A DNA stretch of 51,070 bases. Source: a virus. A program made the position numbers and the translations under genes. The notes under the pieces are model-generated. The model saw nothing but the letters and a program-made list of their open reading frames with translations, had not been told where the DNA came from and made no database searches. Shown here one piece after another: positions 1 through 8,333 of the stretch (the stretch's first letter is position 1; each line of letters begins with the position of its first letter). The DNA is taken from positions 1-51,070 of the IMG/VR virus record IMGVR_UViG_3300010279_000002. One strand, 5' to 3'.

Positions 1-123
1 TAGTGGAGATGGGCGGACTTTAACAAATGATATTGTCCGATGTCAATATGATGCCGTTGTCTATCAAAACCATCATTTTTCAATTATTTATAAATTATAC
101 TTGCTATTTAACTCTTTCAAAAA
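1..123. repeat. Terminal direct repeat, copy 1 (wrap-around of a circular molecule or att duplication)
   Basis: Read by eye as an exact 123-bp match to 50948..51070 (tagtggagatgggcggac...ctctttcaaaaa). Confidence 0.9.
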
Positions 124-141
124 ACCGCAATTTGAATGCCA

Positions 142-166
142 AAATTCGTGTACAAATTCGTGTACA
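142..166 (+). repeat. Tandem AAATTCGTGTACA x2; candidate integrase arm-type sites
   Basis: aaattcgtgtaca occurs at 142..154 and 154..166, just downstream of the int stop. A related tandem pair lies at 50893..50916. Confidence 0.4.
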
Positions 167-1453
167 TCAAAAATCATCAAATCGGGCCATCGCTTTTTCT
201 TTCATTCCGTCCACAATCTTGTAATACGGCTTCATCGCCTTGAATGATGAATGTCCCGTCCATCGCATGATGACCTCCGAGGGGATGCCCAATTGCAGGG
301 CGGTAATCACGAATGTCCGCCGTGCGCAATGGGTTGTCATAAGTTCATACTTTGGCATGATTTCCTCATGCCGCTCATTTCCCTTGAAATAGACTATCCG
401 CACCGGTTCGTCAATTCCGCACAGCTTGCCCAAGTCTTTCAGGGCATCATTCATCTTTTGGTTGGATATGACCGGCAATGCAAGGTCATCACGGAACTTG
501 CAATCACCATACTTGTCAAGGATGGCTTGCGAATGCCTGTTAAGTTCAATCTTCAAGCCGTCATTGGTCTTTTGGGTTACGACTTTGATGAATCCCGGCT
601 TGATGTCCATCCGTTTCAGCTTTGCCACATCCGAATATCGAAGCCCCGTGAAGCAGCAGAACAGGAACACATCGCGCACCCTTTCAAGGGCGTTTTGTCC
701 GGGCTTGAACGGCCATTCTTCCAGCTTCTTGACTTCATCCATCGTCAGGAAGATGATTTCTTTCGCTGCCCCGTCCGTGCCTTTCAGTTTCGGCTTGAAT
801 GAATCATGGAGATTGCCATAATAGTAGCCGGCGAAGAAAGACCATCGGAGAAACCAACGGACAAAAGACACATCTTTGGCAATGGTGGTGTTCCGTTTCC
901 CGGCTCGCAAGAGACTGTCAATGTACCCTTGCATCTTGTCCGTTGTGAGGGAGTCGAATGAAAGCCGTTTGTCATAATCGCGCAAGGTGCGCTTGATGGT
1001 GCGGAACTTCTTGTATGTCGAATCCGTCCATTGATTTGCCTTGCCGACCTTTTCCATGAACAGGTCAAACGCCTTGAAGAATCCGGGGTTCTTTTGCCTT
1101 TCAAGTTCATCCAGCCTTTTTGTCAGTTCCGTCCGCCGTCCGATTGTGTCGTTGAAAAGGTCTTTGACTTCATCGGGTTCGGGGATTCTCTTTTCAATCA
1201 ACTCGTACCTTGCGAACATTTCATCAAGGACAATGCGCCATTCCTTGATGGTGCGGTTGATCGCGTCCATGTCCTTGCCGCCGGTTGCCATCTGGCCGTC
1301 TGGATCCCAATCGTCAAGGTCGATGGAGAAGCCCAACGGGAAGTCAAGCGGTGTCTTTCCCCGTAAGGTCAGGCGCAAGCGGATTCCGAGGTTTTCCGTC
1401 TGGTTCGGATTCCTCTTGTGCAGGATGAATTTGATTCCCCGTTTGACATGCAT
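167..1453 (-). CDS. int: Tyrosine recombinase / phage integrase
   Basis: 428 aa with ATG at 1453. The C-terminal catalytic region reads ...THCARRTF...WTGHSSFKAMKPYYKI (R...HxxR...Y pattern). The gene is adjacent to the genome junction. Confidence 0.9.
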   Translation of the reverse strand: MHVKRGIKFILHKRNPNQTENLGIRLRLTLRGKTPLDFPLGFSIDLDDWDPDGQMATGGKDMDAINRTIKEWRIVLDEMFARYELIEKRIPEPDEVKDLFNDTIGRRTELTKRLDELERQKNPGFFKAFDLFMEKVGKANQWTDSTYKKFRTIKRTLRDYDKRLSFDSLTTDKMQGYIDSLLRAGKRNTTIAKDVSFVRWFLRWSFFAGYYYGNLHDSFKPKLKGTDGAAKEIIFLTMDEVKKLEEWPFKPGQNALERVRDVFLFCCFTGLRYSDVAKLKRMDIKPGFIKVVTQKTNDGLKIELNRHSQAILDKYGDCKFRDDLALPVISNQKMNDALKDLGKLCGIDEPVRIVYFKGNERHEEIMPKYELMTTHCARRTFVITALQLGIPSEVIMRWTGHSSFKAMKPYYKIVDGMKEKAMARFDDF

Positions 1454-1459
1454 GGCGGA

Positions 1460-1768
1460 TTACCCTTTATTTGGCGTTTTAAGGCCGTTTTTAAGCATTT
1501 TTCCCTTTCCTGTGAGCAACCACTCAGCCGACACGCCAAAATCGCGGCAAATCGAAGATAATGCGTCAAGGTCGATGATCTTGTAGAGCCTTTCTTCCAT
1601 CGGCCTGTCAAGGGTGCTTCTTATCCGTGAATATTTCGTGCGGTTCAACTTGTGGTCATCGCAGAATGCCGTCAGGCTCCCGACCTTGCCAAGACTGATG
1701 GCCATGTCGAGCGCTTGAAAGAATCTTCTTTGAATTTCCACGGCTTCCGGGTTTATTGCCTTTTTCAT
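1460..1768 (-). CDS. HTH DNA-binding protein (possible excisionase or regulator), co-oriented with int
   Basis: 102 aa, ending ...FGVSAEWLLTGKGK, which is typical of phage HTH proteins. It lies immediately upstream of int. Confidence 0.5.
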   Translation of the reverse strand: MKKAINPEAVEIQRRFFQALDMAISLGKVGSLTAFCDDHKLNRTKYSRIRSTLDRPMEERLYKIIDLDALSSICRDFGVSAEWLLTGKGKMLKNGLKTPNKG

Positions 1769-1792
1769 CGTTTTTTCTTTTCTCTTTGTATA

Positions 1793-1811
1793 TTTCTCTT
1801 TTAAAGAGAAA
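1793..1811. promoter_or_regulatory. 19-bp palindrome TTTCTCTTT-T-AAAGAGAAA
   Basis: 9-bp perfect arms with a 1-nt spacer. It lies between the candidate leftward promoter boxes and the ATG at 1768. Confidence 0.4.
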
Positions 1812-1861
1812 ATGAATAGAAAACTTGTTTTCTATTATTTTCTTTTCTTTTTATAGCATTG

Positions 1862-1869
1862 CAAATGTA
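1862..1869 (-). promoter_or_regulatory. Candidate Bacteroidota -7 box (TACATTTG on minus strand)
   Basis: The plus strand reads caaatgta, matching TAnnTTTG on the minus strand, upstream of the HTH/int operon. Confidence 0.35.
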
Positions 1870-1882
1870 TTTTTGAAGTATG

Positions 1883-1890
1883 CAAATGTA
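1883..1890 (-). promoter_or_regulatory. Second candidate -7 box (TACATTTG on minus strand)
   Basis: This is a duplicate of the tgcaaatgta decamer. The perfect palindrome atgcaattgcat follows at 1891..1902. Confidence 0.35.
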
Positions 1891-2048
1891 ATGCAATTGC
1901 ATAAAAATCGCCATTTTAAGGCCCTGTGAGGCACTTTTCATTTTTACATCTTCACTCACTTTCCCCACATTATTCCGGGAAAAGTCCAAGAAAAAGTCTT
2001 GTTTTTGCCATTGTACTTTTGCATTGCATTTGGATTGCAAAAGCATTT

Positions 2049-2459
2049 TCACAAGGCTTTCCGGGGTCTCTTGACTTTCACCTTTTGCGATTGGACTTTT
2101 CCGGAAATGTCGAACACGGCATTGTCGGAATCCTCAAAATCCACGAAGATTGTGAAGTCCCATCCCCTTGATTCCTTGCAAGCGAGAATCCCGGTTTCCG
2201 GCGTGAACTTGAATTGCCCCGTCCTGATTGTGCCGTCATTGTCCCAAGAGAAAGATTCATCCTTGCCGAATGTGAATGTCTCCCGGATGGTCGCGGGGAC
2301 ATAATAACCCCCGCTTGTGAAGTATGAGACCGTTTCCCATGTCCCTAAGACGGCATCGAATGAGTTGCTTTCAATGGGTGAATCATTCTTGCCGCATGAT
2401 GCGAGAGCAATGCAAATGCATAGCAAAAGCATTGCAAGTGTTATTCCTTTCCGTCCCAT
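2049..2459 (-). CDS. Lipoprotein (prophage moron)
   Basis: Starting from the ATG at 2459 gives MGRKGITLAMLLLCICIALASCGKND, a signal peptide plus L-A-S-C lipobox. The rest is beta-rich. The track start at 2486 is a TTG. Confidence 0.7.
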   Translation of the reverse strand: MGRKGITLAMLLLCICIALASCGKNDSPIESNSFDAVLGTWETVSYFTSGGYYVPATIRETFTFGKDESFSWDNDGTIRTGQFKFTPETGILACKESRGWDFTIFVDFEDSDNAVFDISGKVQSQKVKVKRPRKAL

Positions 2460-2635
2460 TTGTCCATCTTGATTTGATAATCCCAAACCATCTTGTCGAA
2501 TTGTTCCTTGTCCACATCGGCGGTCTCTCGCCCGGCAAGATTGGCCGCTTCGAGGGCGTCGAAGATTTCTTGCGGCATCACGGAATAATATCCGGGGTTG
2601 CCATAGTAGTCTTTAACCTTGATTTCCGTTCCCAT
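2441..2635 (-). CDS. Hypothetical protein
   Basis: 64-aa ORF with an ATG start, packed tightly in the leftward operon. Confidence 0.45.
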   Translation of the reverse strand: MGTEIKVKDYYGNPGYYSVMPQEIFDALEAANLAGRETADVDKEQFDKMVWDYQIKMDKWDGKE

Positions 2636-2650
2636 AACTGAAATATGCTT

Positions 2651-3082
2651 TTATAAGTTTGCTTTTATAAGTTCTCGATTCTCGCTGACGAAATATGGAG
2701 GCTCTTTGCCTTTCCAGCTTGAACAATTGGCGGCCAGCCATCCGATGAATGCCGGGGGCAAATGTCTGACCTCGTTCTTCGCCCTTTTGGGTGTGAAAGG
2801 AATCCCGGTCAACGCGGCTTTCAATTCCCCCCTCTCATTCTCGTTCCTTGTCTCTTCGTCCATGAGGATGGGGGTTGCATAACACTTGCATTCATCGCAC
2901 CATCCATGCCATGAAAAGGATTTCGGGTATTTGCCTTGCAGTTTACGGCAGATGTCACACTCATGATTGGGGTTGTTCGACAAGTGGATCTCATACCCCA
3001 CAACGGAATCCAAAGTGCGCCACCTCATGATGTCGGCAATTCGGGATTGCCGATTGAATGCCTTTGCTTCATCCTTCGTCAT
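2651..3082 (-). CDS. Stand-alone SPP1-gp7/Mu-F-like head-morphogenesis domain paralogue with a Cys-rich zinc-ribbon-like motif
   Basis: The 143-aa product aligns with residues of the 1226-aa protein (21024..24704), including the identical 27-aa run CYATPILMDEETRNENERGELKAALTG and the CxxC...CxC cysteines. Confidence 0.7.
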   Translation of the reverse strand: MTKDEAKAFNRQSRIADIMRWRTLDSVVGYEIHLSNNPNHECDICRKLQGKYPKSFSWHGWCDECKCYATPILMDEETRNENERGELKAALTGIPFTPKRAKNEVRHLPPAFIGWLAANCSSWKGKEPPYFVSENRELIKANL

Positions 3083-3444
3083 TGCTCCGTCAATTTATCG
3101 GTCAGTTTTTCCAGCATCGAGATGAGCCGGTCGATTTGCTCTTGTGATTTGTGCAAGGATTCCTCTTTGCTGGCCAAGAGGTCAAGCATCTTTTCCGCAT
3201 CGGTCTTGTTCACCGTCACATTGTTGCCATTGATGTTGTCACCATGCGTGTTCACTTGTTCACCACCGGCATAACGGTGCGGCCTGACAATCAAATCACG
3301 CAATATTGCATGTTTCGATTCGGGAATCTTTGCCCCGGATTCCCAATTCTGCACCGTCCTGACTGACACACCGAGCATCTTTGCAAGTTCCTCTTGTGTG
3401 ACACTCAGCTTTGTGCGAATTTCTTTTATATCAAAGTCGCTCAT
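3079..3444 (-). CDS. XRE-family HTH repressor (CI-like)
   Basis: The product starts MSDFDIKEIRTKLSVTQEELAKMLGVSVRTVQNWESG (classic XRE HTH) and has a coiled-coil C-terminus. It faces the divergent switch region. The ATG is at 3444; the track start is a TTG. Confidence 0.8.
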   Translation of the reverse strand: MSDFDIKEIRTKLSVTQEELAKMLGVSVRTVQNWESGAKIPESKHAILRDLIVRPHRYAGGEQVNTHGDNINGNNVTVNKTDAEKMLDLLASKEESLHKSQEQIDRLISMLEKLTDKLTEQ

Positions 3445-3476
3445 AATCAACAAGATATAATTAAACTCAAAAATTC

Positions 3477-3485
3477 TTCACGAAA
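3477..3485. promoter_or_regulatory. Candidate operator half-site TTCACGAAA (copy 1)
   Basis: The motif recurs at 3603..3611 and, as tgcacgaaa, at 3624..3632. It is related to the palindrome at 3504..3519. Confidence 0.35.
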
Positions 3486-3503
3486 TATTGCATATTTTTC
3501 TTG

Positions 3504-3519
3504 TTATTTCGCGAAATAA
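3504..3519. promoter_or_regulatory. Perfect 16-bp palindrome TTATTTCGCGAAATAA (candidate operator)
   Basis: The sequence is self-complementary and lies in the 218-bp divergent region between the repressor and the early genes. Confidence 0.45.
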
Positions 3520-3602
3520 TGCGTTACTTTGCATCCGTAAACCTTTAACACCGCAAAGTTAAAGCAACGCAAAACAATATGAAATGACAATAATAAGTCA
3601 TT

Positions 3603-3611
3603 TTCACGAAA
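3603..3611. promoter_or_regulatory. Candidate operator half-site TTCACGAAA (copy 2)
   Basis: Exact repeat of the 9-mer at 3477..3485. Confidence 0.35.
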
Positions 3612-3671
3612 AAATGAAGCGGATGCACGAAAACTTGGGTGTTGGCGGTCTAAAAATTAACAACAAACAAA

Positions 3672-3893
3672 ATGTGCGAGACAGAGTTTTCATTTGAAAG
3701 GGGCTGGTTACAGGTCAAGAACGGTGACACGGCCACGGTTCGTGAAAAGCTGATGAATGCCTTGAACCTTACAACAAGGGCGGCTTTTCTTAACCGCAAG
3801 CGCGGTGATGTCGAACCGAAAATGTCAGAGATCAAGGCAATTGAATCGGTATTTGCCGAATACGGCATCACGGACATTTGGGGGGCAAGCTGA
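3672..3893 (+). CDS. Hypothetical protein in the Cro position
   Basis: 73 aa. It is the first rightward gene after the switch region and has an ATG start. Confidence 0.45.
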   Translation: MCETEFSFERGWLQVKNGDTATVREKLMNALNLTTRAAFLNRKRGDVEPKMSEIKAIESVFAEYGITDIWGAS

Positions 3894-4276
3894 TGGAAGC
3901 CCGTGCCGAACTCACCAAACGGGAATCTGAAATCGCGGAATTGGTCGCGTGGGGTGGAAGCAAGAAAGAGATTGCAAGCCATCTATTCATTTCGGAAAGA
4001 ACCGTTGAGAACCACATCAAGAACATCTATTCCAAAGTCGGATGTGGGAAATCAAACGAATTGTCCGCGTGGTGGTTTTGTACGAGGTTTCACATTTCCT
4101 TTGACCTTTCTCCCCTGAAAAGAAGCATCATCGGCTTTTGTTTCCTGATTATCACATTGCCACAGATTGCAACCGTGGATGGCAATGACACATGGACAAG
4201 GCCGCAGAGGACGGCGACAAGGGTCGTGAGAACCCGCACGAGAACCCGCAAGGATGAAGCGAATTTTGAATTCTAA
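3893..4276 (+). CDS. LuxR/GerE-type HTH regulator with a C-terminal membrane segment
   Basis: LTKRESEIAELVAWGGSKKEIASHLFISERTVENHIKNIYSKVG is a LuxR-type HTH, followed by the hydrophobic segment IIGFCFLIITLPQIA. The start overlaps the preceding stop (TGATG). Confidence 0.75.
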   Translation: MEARAELTKRESEIAELVAWGGSKKEIASHLFISERTVENHIKNIYSKVGCGKSNELSAWWFCTRFHISFDLSPLKRSIIGFCFLIITLPQIATVDGNDTWTRPQRTATRVVRTRTRTRKDEANFEF

Positions 4277-4523
4277 ACGACGCAACATGGAACAGGCAAG
4301 CAACAACAATCAGAAAAAAGAACCCCTTATCAATTGGCGCGGTGCCGTTGTGGGCATCCTCGGATGTCTCGCGCTCATTTTCCTTTGCTCGGAGCCGGCA
4401 GACGATGCGGCCAATTGGACACTCACCCTTTTGAAGTCACAGGCGATCGGTTACGCATTCGGCGCGGCATCGGTCATCCTTTTCAACCGATGGGAGAAAA
4501 AGGGGTATTTCCCAAAAGATTAA
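4254..4523 (+). CDS. Small membrane protein
   Basis: 89 aa with two hydrophobic helices (VVGILGCLALIFL and AIGYAFGAASVILF). Confidence 0.45.
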   Translation: MKRILNSKRRNMEQASNNNQKKEPLINWRGAVVGILGCLALIFLCSEPADDAANWTLTLLKSQAIGYAFGAASVILFNRWEKKGYFPKD

Positions 4524-4526
4524 GCA

Positions 4527-4823
4527 ATGGAAATCACACCCCAAACACGCATCATTGACCTGACCGTCTCACAGCTTGTGGAACTCATTGAGAACACCAT
4601 GAAAGCGACCATGACGGAACCGGAAAAGGAAAAGCGCCTTGTGTATGGCATCGCCGGCATCGCATCGGTTTTCGGATGCTCGATTGCAACGGCAAATCGA
4701 ATCAAGAAAAGCGGGGTTATTGATGCCGCCATCATCCAAGATGGCCATCTGATTGTCACGGATGCGGATTTGGCGGTCAAGTTTTGGAAAGAACACAAAT
4801 CTATCAAAACCAAGTCTATATGA
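4527..4823 (+). CDS. HTH domain protein (DUF3853-like)
   Basis: VYGIAGIASVFGCSIATANRIKKSGVIDAAIIQ resembles the Bacteroidota mobile-element HTH family. This assignment is from memory, not a search. Confidence 0.5.
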   Translation: MEITPQTRIIDLTVSQLVELIENTMKATMTEPEKEKRLVYGIAGIASVFGCSIATANRIKKSGVIDAAIIQDGHLIVTDADLAVKFWKEHKSIKTKSI

Positions 4824-6781
4824 AGCAAGTTATTCTAAAATCAATTACCCTTGTGAACTTCAAGGGTGAAAAGGAAAGGACAACGGAATTCAACCCCGAT
4901 GTCACGACCATCAAGGGCATGAATGGTCTTGGAAAGTCAAGACATTTCGATGCTTTCATTTGGCTTCTTTTCGGCAAGGATTCCCAAGACCGGAAAGATT
5001 ATGAAATCAAGACCCGCATTGACGGAGAGGAATTGCACAATGTGGAATCCACCGTTTCCGCGGTCATCCTGGTGGATGGTCAGGAACTCACATTGAAGCG
5101 GTCTCTTGTTGAAGAATGGGTCAAGCCCCGCGGCAAGGCCGAAAGGGTGTTCAAGGGCAACCGCACTGATTGTTGGTGGAATGATGTGCCGGTCTCCGTG
5201 GGTGAATACACAAAGAGGGTTTCGGACATCATAGATGATTCCCTTTTCAAGATGCTCACGAACCCGACATTCTTCGTGAACATGAAGATGCAAGCGCAGC
5301 GCGACACCCTCTTTGCAATTGCCGGTGCGATGACTGACGCGGAAATCGCCGCAAAGAAGCCCGAATTCGCGGCTTTGCTTGACAGGATAAGCGGCAAGTC
5401 ATTGTCTGACTTCAAGGCGGAAATCGCGGCCAAGAAACGCCTTTTGAAAGGCAAACTTGCGGAGATTTCCCCGCGTATTGACCAAACCCAAAAGATGAAG
5501 CCCGAATCAGAGGATTTCGCGGCCATCGAAGCTGAAATCACCCGCATTGACGAGGAAATCAAAGAGGTGGATGAAGCCATTTCCGACATCAGCAAGGCCA
5601 TCCGCCTTGCCTATGAGGAAGAAAGGGGCAAGGTCGCAAGAATCAACACCCTGAAATCAGAGAGCAAAAAGGCATTGTTCACGGCTCAATCAGCCGAAAA
5701 TGACAAGGCGTACAAGGCCAATGAGAAAAGGCGCGAATTGGCAAGTGAACTCCGTGGCCGGAAGAATGAACTTGACATCATCAGCCGCGCAATCCATTCG
5801 GGAGAGGATGCCCGGAAGAATGCGGAAAACACCATCGCCGGCATTGAATCGCGGATGAATGCCTTGCGTGCCGAATGGTCTGACAAGAACGGCCGCGAAT
5901 ACAAGGGCAATGACATTTGCCCGGTATGCCATCAGGAATTGCCGGAAGCGCAGAAAGCCGAAGCCCGTGCAAGATTCGCGGAAGAAAAGGAAAGGCTGCT
6001 CGTCGAAATCACAAAGAAAGGCAGGGCTTTGGGTGAATCCCTTGCATCGTGGAAGAAAGAGTTGGATTCCATCAATGCAAAGCTGGAAATCGACATCAAG
6101 ACCAAAGAGGGCATTGAAGCCGAAATCAAGTCTTTGGAAGAAACCCTTTCGGGCATCACCGAAACCGTGGCCATCACATTGACGGCAGCTGATGTTCCGG
6201 AATGCGTTGAACTTGCCAATCAGATTGCCACCATCGAAGCGACCATCAGCCATGACAACACGGCGGCTCCGGACAATTCCGCATTGGTTCAGAAAAAAAC
6301 TGATTTGAGCCTTGAAAAGACCAATCTTTTGAAGCGCCTTGCGGTTCGTGACACCATCAGGAAAGCGGATGAAGAAATCGTCCGTCTCGGAAAAGAGGAA
6401 AAGGAACTTGCCAATCAGATTGCCGAAATAGAGGGCGAAGAAATCACCGTTCAGGACTTCATCAGGGCAAAGGCTGATGTTTGTGAAGCCAATATCAACC
6501 GCCATTTCCACTACGTGCAATTCAAGCTGTATGACACCACGATTGAGGGCAACATCTTTGAGGTGTGCGTCCCGCTAATCAACGGCATCCCCTATGGCGC
6601 GGCCAATTCCGCTTCAAAGGTCAATGCCGGGCTTGACATCATCAATGCCCTTTGCCGGTTCAATGGCGTGTGCGCTCCAATCTTCATTGACAACCGCGAG
6701 TCCGTCAATGAACTTATCCACACGGATGCCCAGATCATCAACCTTGTCGTGACAAGGGACAAAGAACTTGTAATCGAATAG
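4820..6781 (+). CDS. Rad50/SbcC/RecF-like AAA ATPase with coiled coil and CxxC hook
   Basis: The N-terminus has a Walker A motif (KGMNGLGKS). A long coiled coil carries a central CPVCHQ motif. The C-terminal lobe contains a Walker B-like motif. An ATGA overlap places the start at 4820. Confidence 0.8.
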   Translation: MKQVILKSITLVNFKGEKERTTEFNPDVTTIKGMNGLGKSRHFDAFIWLLFGKDSQDRKDYEIKTRIDGEELHNVESTVSAVILVDGQELTLKRSLVEEWVKPRGKAERVFKGNRTDCWWNDVPVSVGEYTKRVSDIIDDSLFKMLTNPTFFVNMKMQAQRDTLFAIAGAMTDAEIAAKKPEFAALLDRISGKSLSDFKAEIAAKKRLLKGKLAEISPRIDQTQKMKPESEDFAAIEAEITRIDEEIKEVDEAISDISKAIRLAYEEERGKVARINTLKSESKKALFTAQSAENDKAYKANEKRRELASELRGRKNELDIISRAIHSGEDARKNAENTIAGIESRMNALRAEWSDKNGREYKGNDICPVCHQELPEAQKAEARARFAEEKERLLVEITKKGRALGESLASWKKELDSINAKLEIDIKTKEGIEAEIKSLEETLSGITETVAITLTAADVPECVELANQIATIEATISHDNTAAPDNSALVQKKTDLSLEKTNLLKRLAVRDTIRKADEEIVRLGKEEKELANQIAEIEGEEITVQDFIRAKADVCEANINRHFHYVQFKLYDTTIEGNIFEVCVPLINGIPYGAANSASKVNAGLDIINALCRFNGVCAPIFIDNRESVNELIHTDAQIINLVVTRDKELVIE

Positions 6782-6810
6782 ACTATATCAAACCATCAAT
6801 ATTTTTTGTT

Positions 6811-7554
6811 ATGAGTGAAGAAAACAAGACATTGGCCGTTACAGAAGCGGTCGAGAAGACAAAAACCGTGACCTACAAATCCGCCGGTCAGGTTGTGACA
6901 TTGAGCCGTACAATCGTGCGGAACTATCTTACCAAAGGGGCTGATGGCGTGACCGATGCCGACATAGTGCAGTTCATCTCCATCTGTCAGTTCAACCAGC
7001 TCAATCCGTTCCTGAATGAGGCATATCTTATCAAGTATGGCAACCAGCCGGCACAGATGGTTGTTTCCAAAGAAGCCCTTTTGAAGCGGGCGGATGCTTG
7101 TGAGAACTATGAGGGTTTACAGGCTGGAATCATCGTTCTCCGTGACAAAGAGGTGGTGGAAGTCGAGGGATGTTTCCTTTCCCCGGGTGACACGCTTCTT
7201 GGCGGATGGGCAAAGGTTTACCGTTCTGACAAGAAATATCCCTATGTGGCAAAGGTGAACCTTTTCGAATATGACAAGAAGCAATCCTTGTGGAAAGAAA
7301 AGCCGTCCACGATGATTTCCAAGATAGCAAAGGTTCAGGCGCTCCGTGAAGCATTCCCCGCACAGCTTGGGGCGATGTACACGCAAGAGGAACAGACAAC
7401 CGTTGATGACCAAGCCGGCCTTGAAGAAGAAATCAAGACCCGTGGCAACAAGAAAGAGATTGTCATCAATGTCAATGATGCCACGGAAGCCCCCGCACAG
7501 GAACAACCCAAACCCGCAAAGGAAAGCCCCGCACCGGCAGGGCCGGGATTTTAA
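6811..7554 (+). CDS. recT: RecT/Bet-family single-strand annealing protein
   Basis: LNPFLNEAYLIKYGN...KVQALREAFPAQLGAMYTQEE is a typical RecT core, and the protein has an acidic/Pro-rich tail. Confidence 0.75.
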   Translation: MSEENKTLAVTEAVEKTKTVTYKSAGQVVTLSRTIVRNYLTKGADGVTDADIVQFISICQFNQLNPFLNEAYLIKYGNQPAQMVVSKEALLKRADACENYEGLQAGIIVLRDKEVVEVEGCFLSPGDTLLGGWAKVYRSDKKYPYVAKVNLFEYDKKQSLWKEKPSTMISKIAKVQALREAFPAQLGAMYTQEEQTTVDDQAGLEEEIKTRGNKKEIVINVNDATEAPAQEQPKPAKESPAPAGPGF

Positions 7555-7578
7555 TCAACCCATGAAATCCGAAAGGCC

Positions 7579-8322
7579 ATGAAGCTGCAAATATTGGGTT
7601 CAAGTTCAAAGGGCAATTGCTACATCTTTCGGGCATCAGCCGGTGAAGTGTTGATGGTTGAATGTGGAGTGTCTTTCAATGACATCAAAAAAGCCTTGAA
7701 TTTCGACATTTCAAAGGTGGTTGGATGTCTGATAAGCCATGAGCATCAAGACCACGCCAAACAGGCTGGAAAGTGCCTTGAAGCCGGCATTGATTGCTGG
7801 ATGTCCGACGGAACGGCCGCGCAACTTGGAATCACCAATGACCGGCGCGTTTACCTGATGCAAGAATTGCATCCTTACAAGATTGGCTCTTTCGGCGTGC
7901 TTCCTTTCAAGACCGAACATGATGCCCGTGAGCCTTTCGGATTTCTCATTCATCACCCGGAAATGGGAACGGCCTTGTTCGCAACCGACACATACTTTCT
8001 TGGATACACCTTTCAGGGCTTGAACAACATTCTTATCGAATGCAATTACCGGAAAGACATCTTGGAAGCCAATGAGAGGGCGGGAAAGTTGCCGGAAAGG
8101 GTCTGGAAGCGCACCTTGCGAAGCCATTGCAGCTTTGACACATGCAAGGCCATCATGGAAGCCAATGACCTGACGGCCGTGAACAACATCGTCTTGATTC
8201 ACCTTTCCGATGGCAATTCCAATGCAATGGAATTTCGGGACGGCATTGCGGAAGCGACCGGCAAGACCGTTCATATAGCAGAACCGGGGATGACCATCCC
8301 ATTTGACAAGACACCATTTTAA
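7579..8322 (+). CDS. Metallo-beta-lactamase-fold hydrolase (likely recombination nuclease)
   Basis: Carries the HEHQDH (HxHxDH) motif and is adjacent to recT. Confidence 0.75.
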   Translation: MKLQILGSSSKGNCYIFRASAGEVLMVECGVSFNDIKKALNFDISKVVGCLISHEHQDHAKQAGKCLEAGIDCWMSDGTAAQLGITNDRRVYLMQELHPYKIGSFGVLPFKTEHDAREPFGFLIHHPEMGTALFATDTYFLGYTFQGLNNILIECNYRKDILEANERAGKLPERVWKRTLRSHCSFDTCKAIMEANDLTAVNNIVLIHLSDGNSNAMEFRDGIAEATGKTVHIAEPGMTIPFDKTPF

Positions 8323-8333
8323 TACATACAACA

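Noticed and set aside
27-224. 65-aa plus-strand ORF across the terminal repeat
   Set aside because: It lies in AT-rich non-coding DNA next to int, overlaps the int 3' end on the opposite strand, and has low-complexity composition. It is probably not a gene.
1801-2052. 83-aa minus-strand ORF in the 1769..2048 intergenic region
   Set aside because: It runs through AT-rich promoter and palindrome DNA, and its sequence is low complexity (KMLLQSKCNAK...). The region is more plausibly regulatory.
5690-6520. 276-aa antisense ORF inside the Rad50-like ATPase gene. Similar long antisense ORFs occur at 20823..21686, 30585..31352, 36246..37040, 37479..38198 and 41297..42088.
   Set aside because: Each is fully nested opposite a long ORF with clear homology motifs. 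They have no start context or recognisable motifs. They look like shadow ORFs produced by codon bias.
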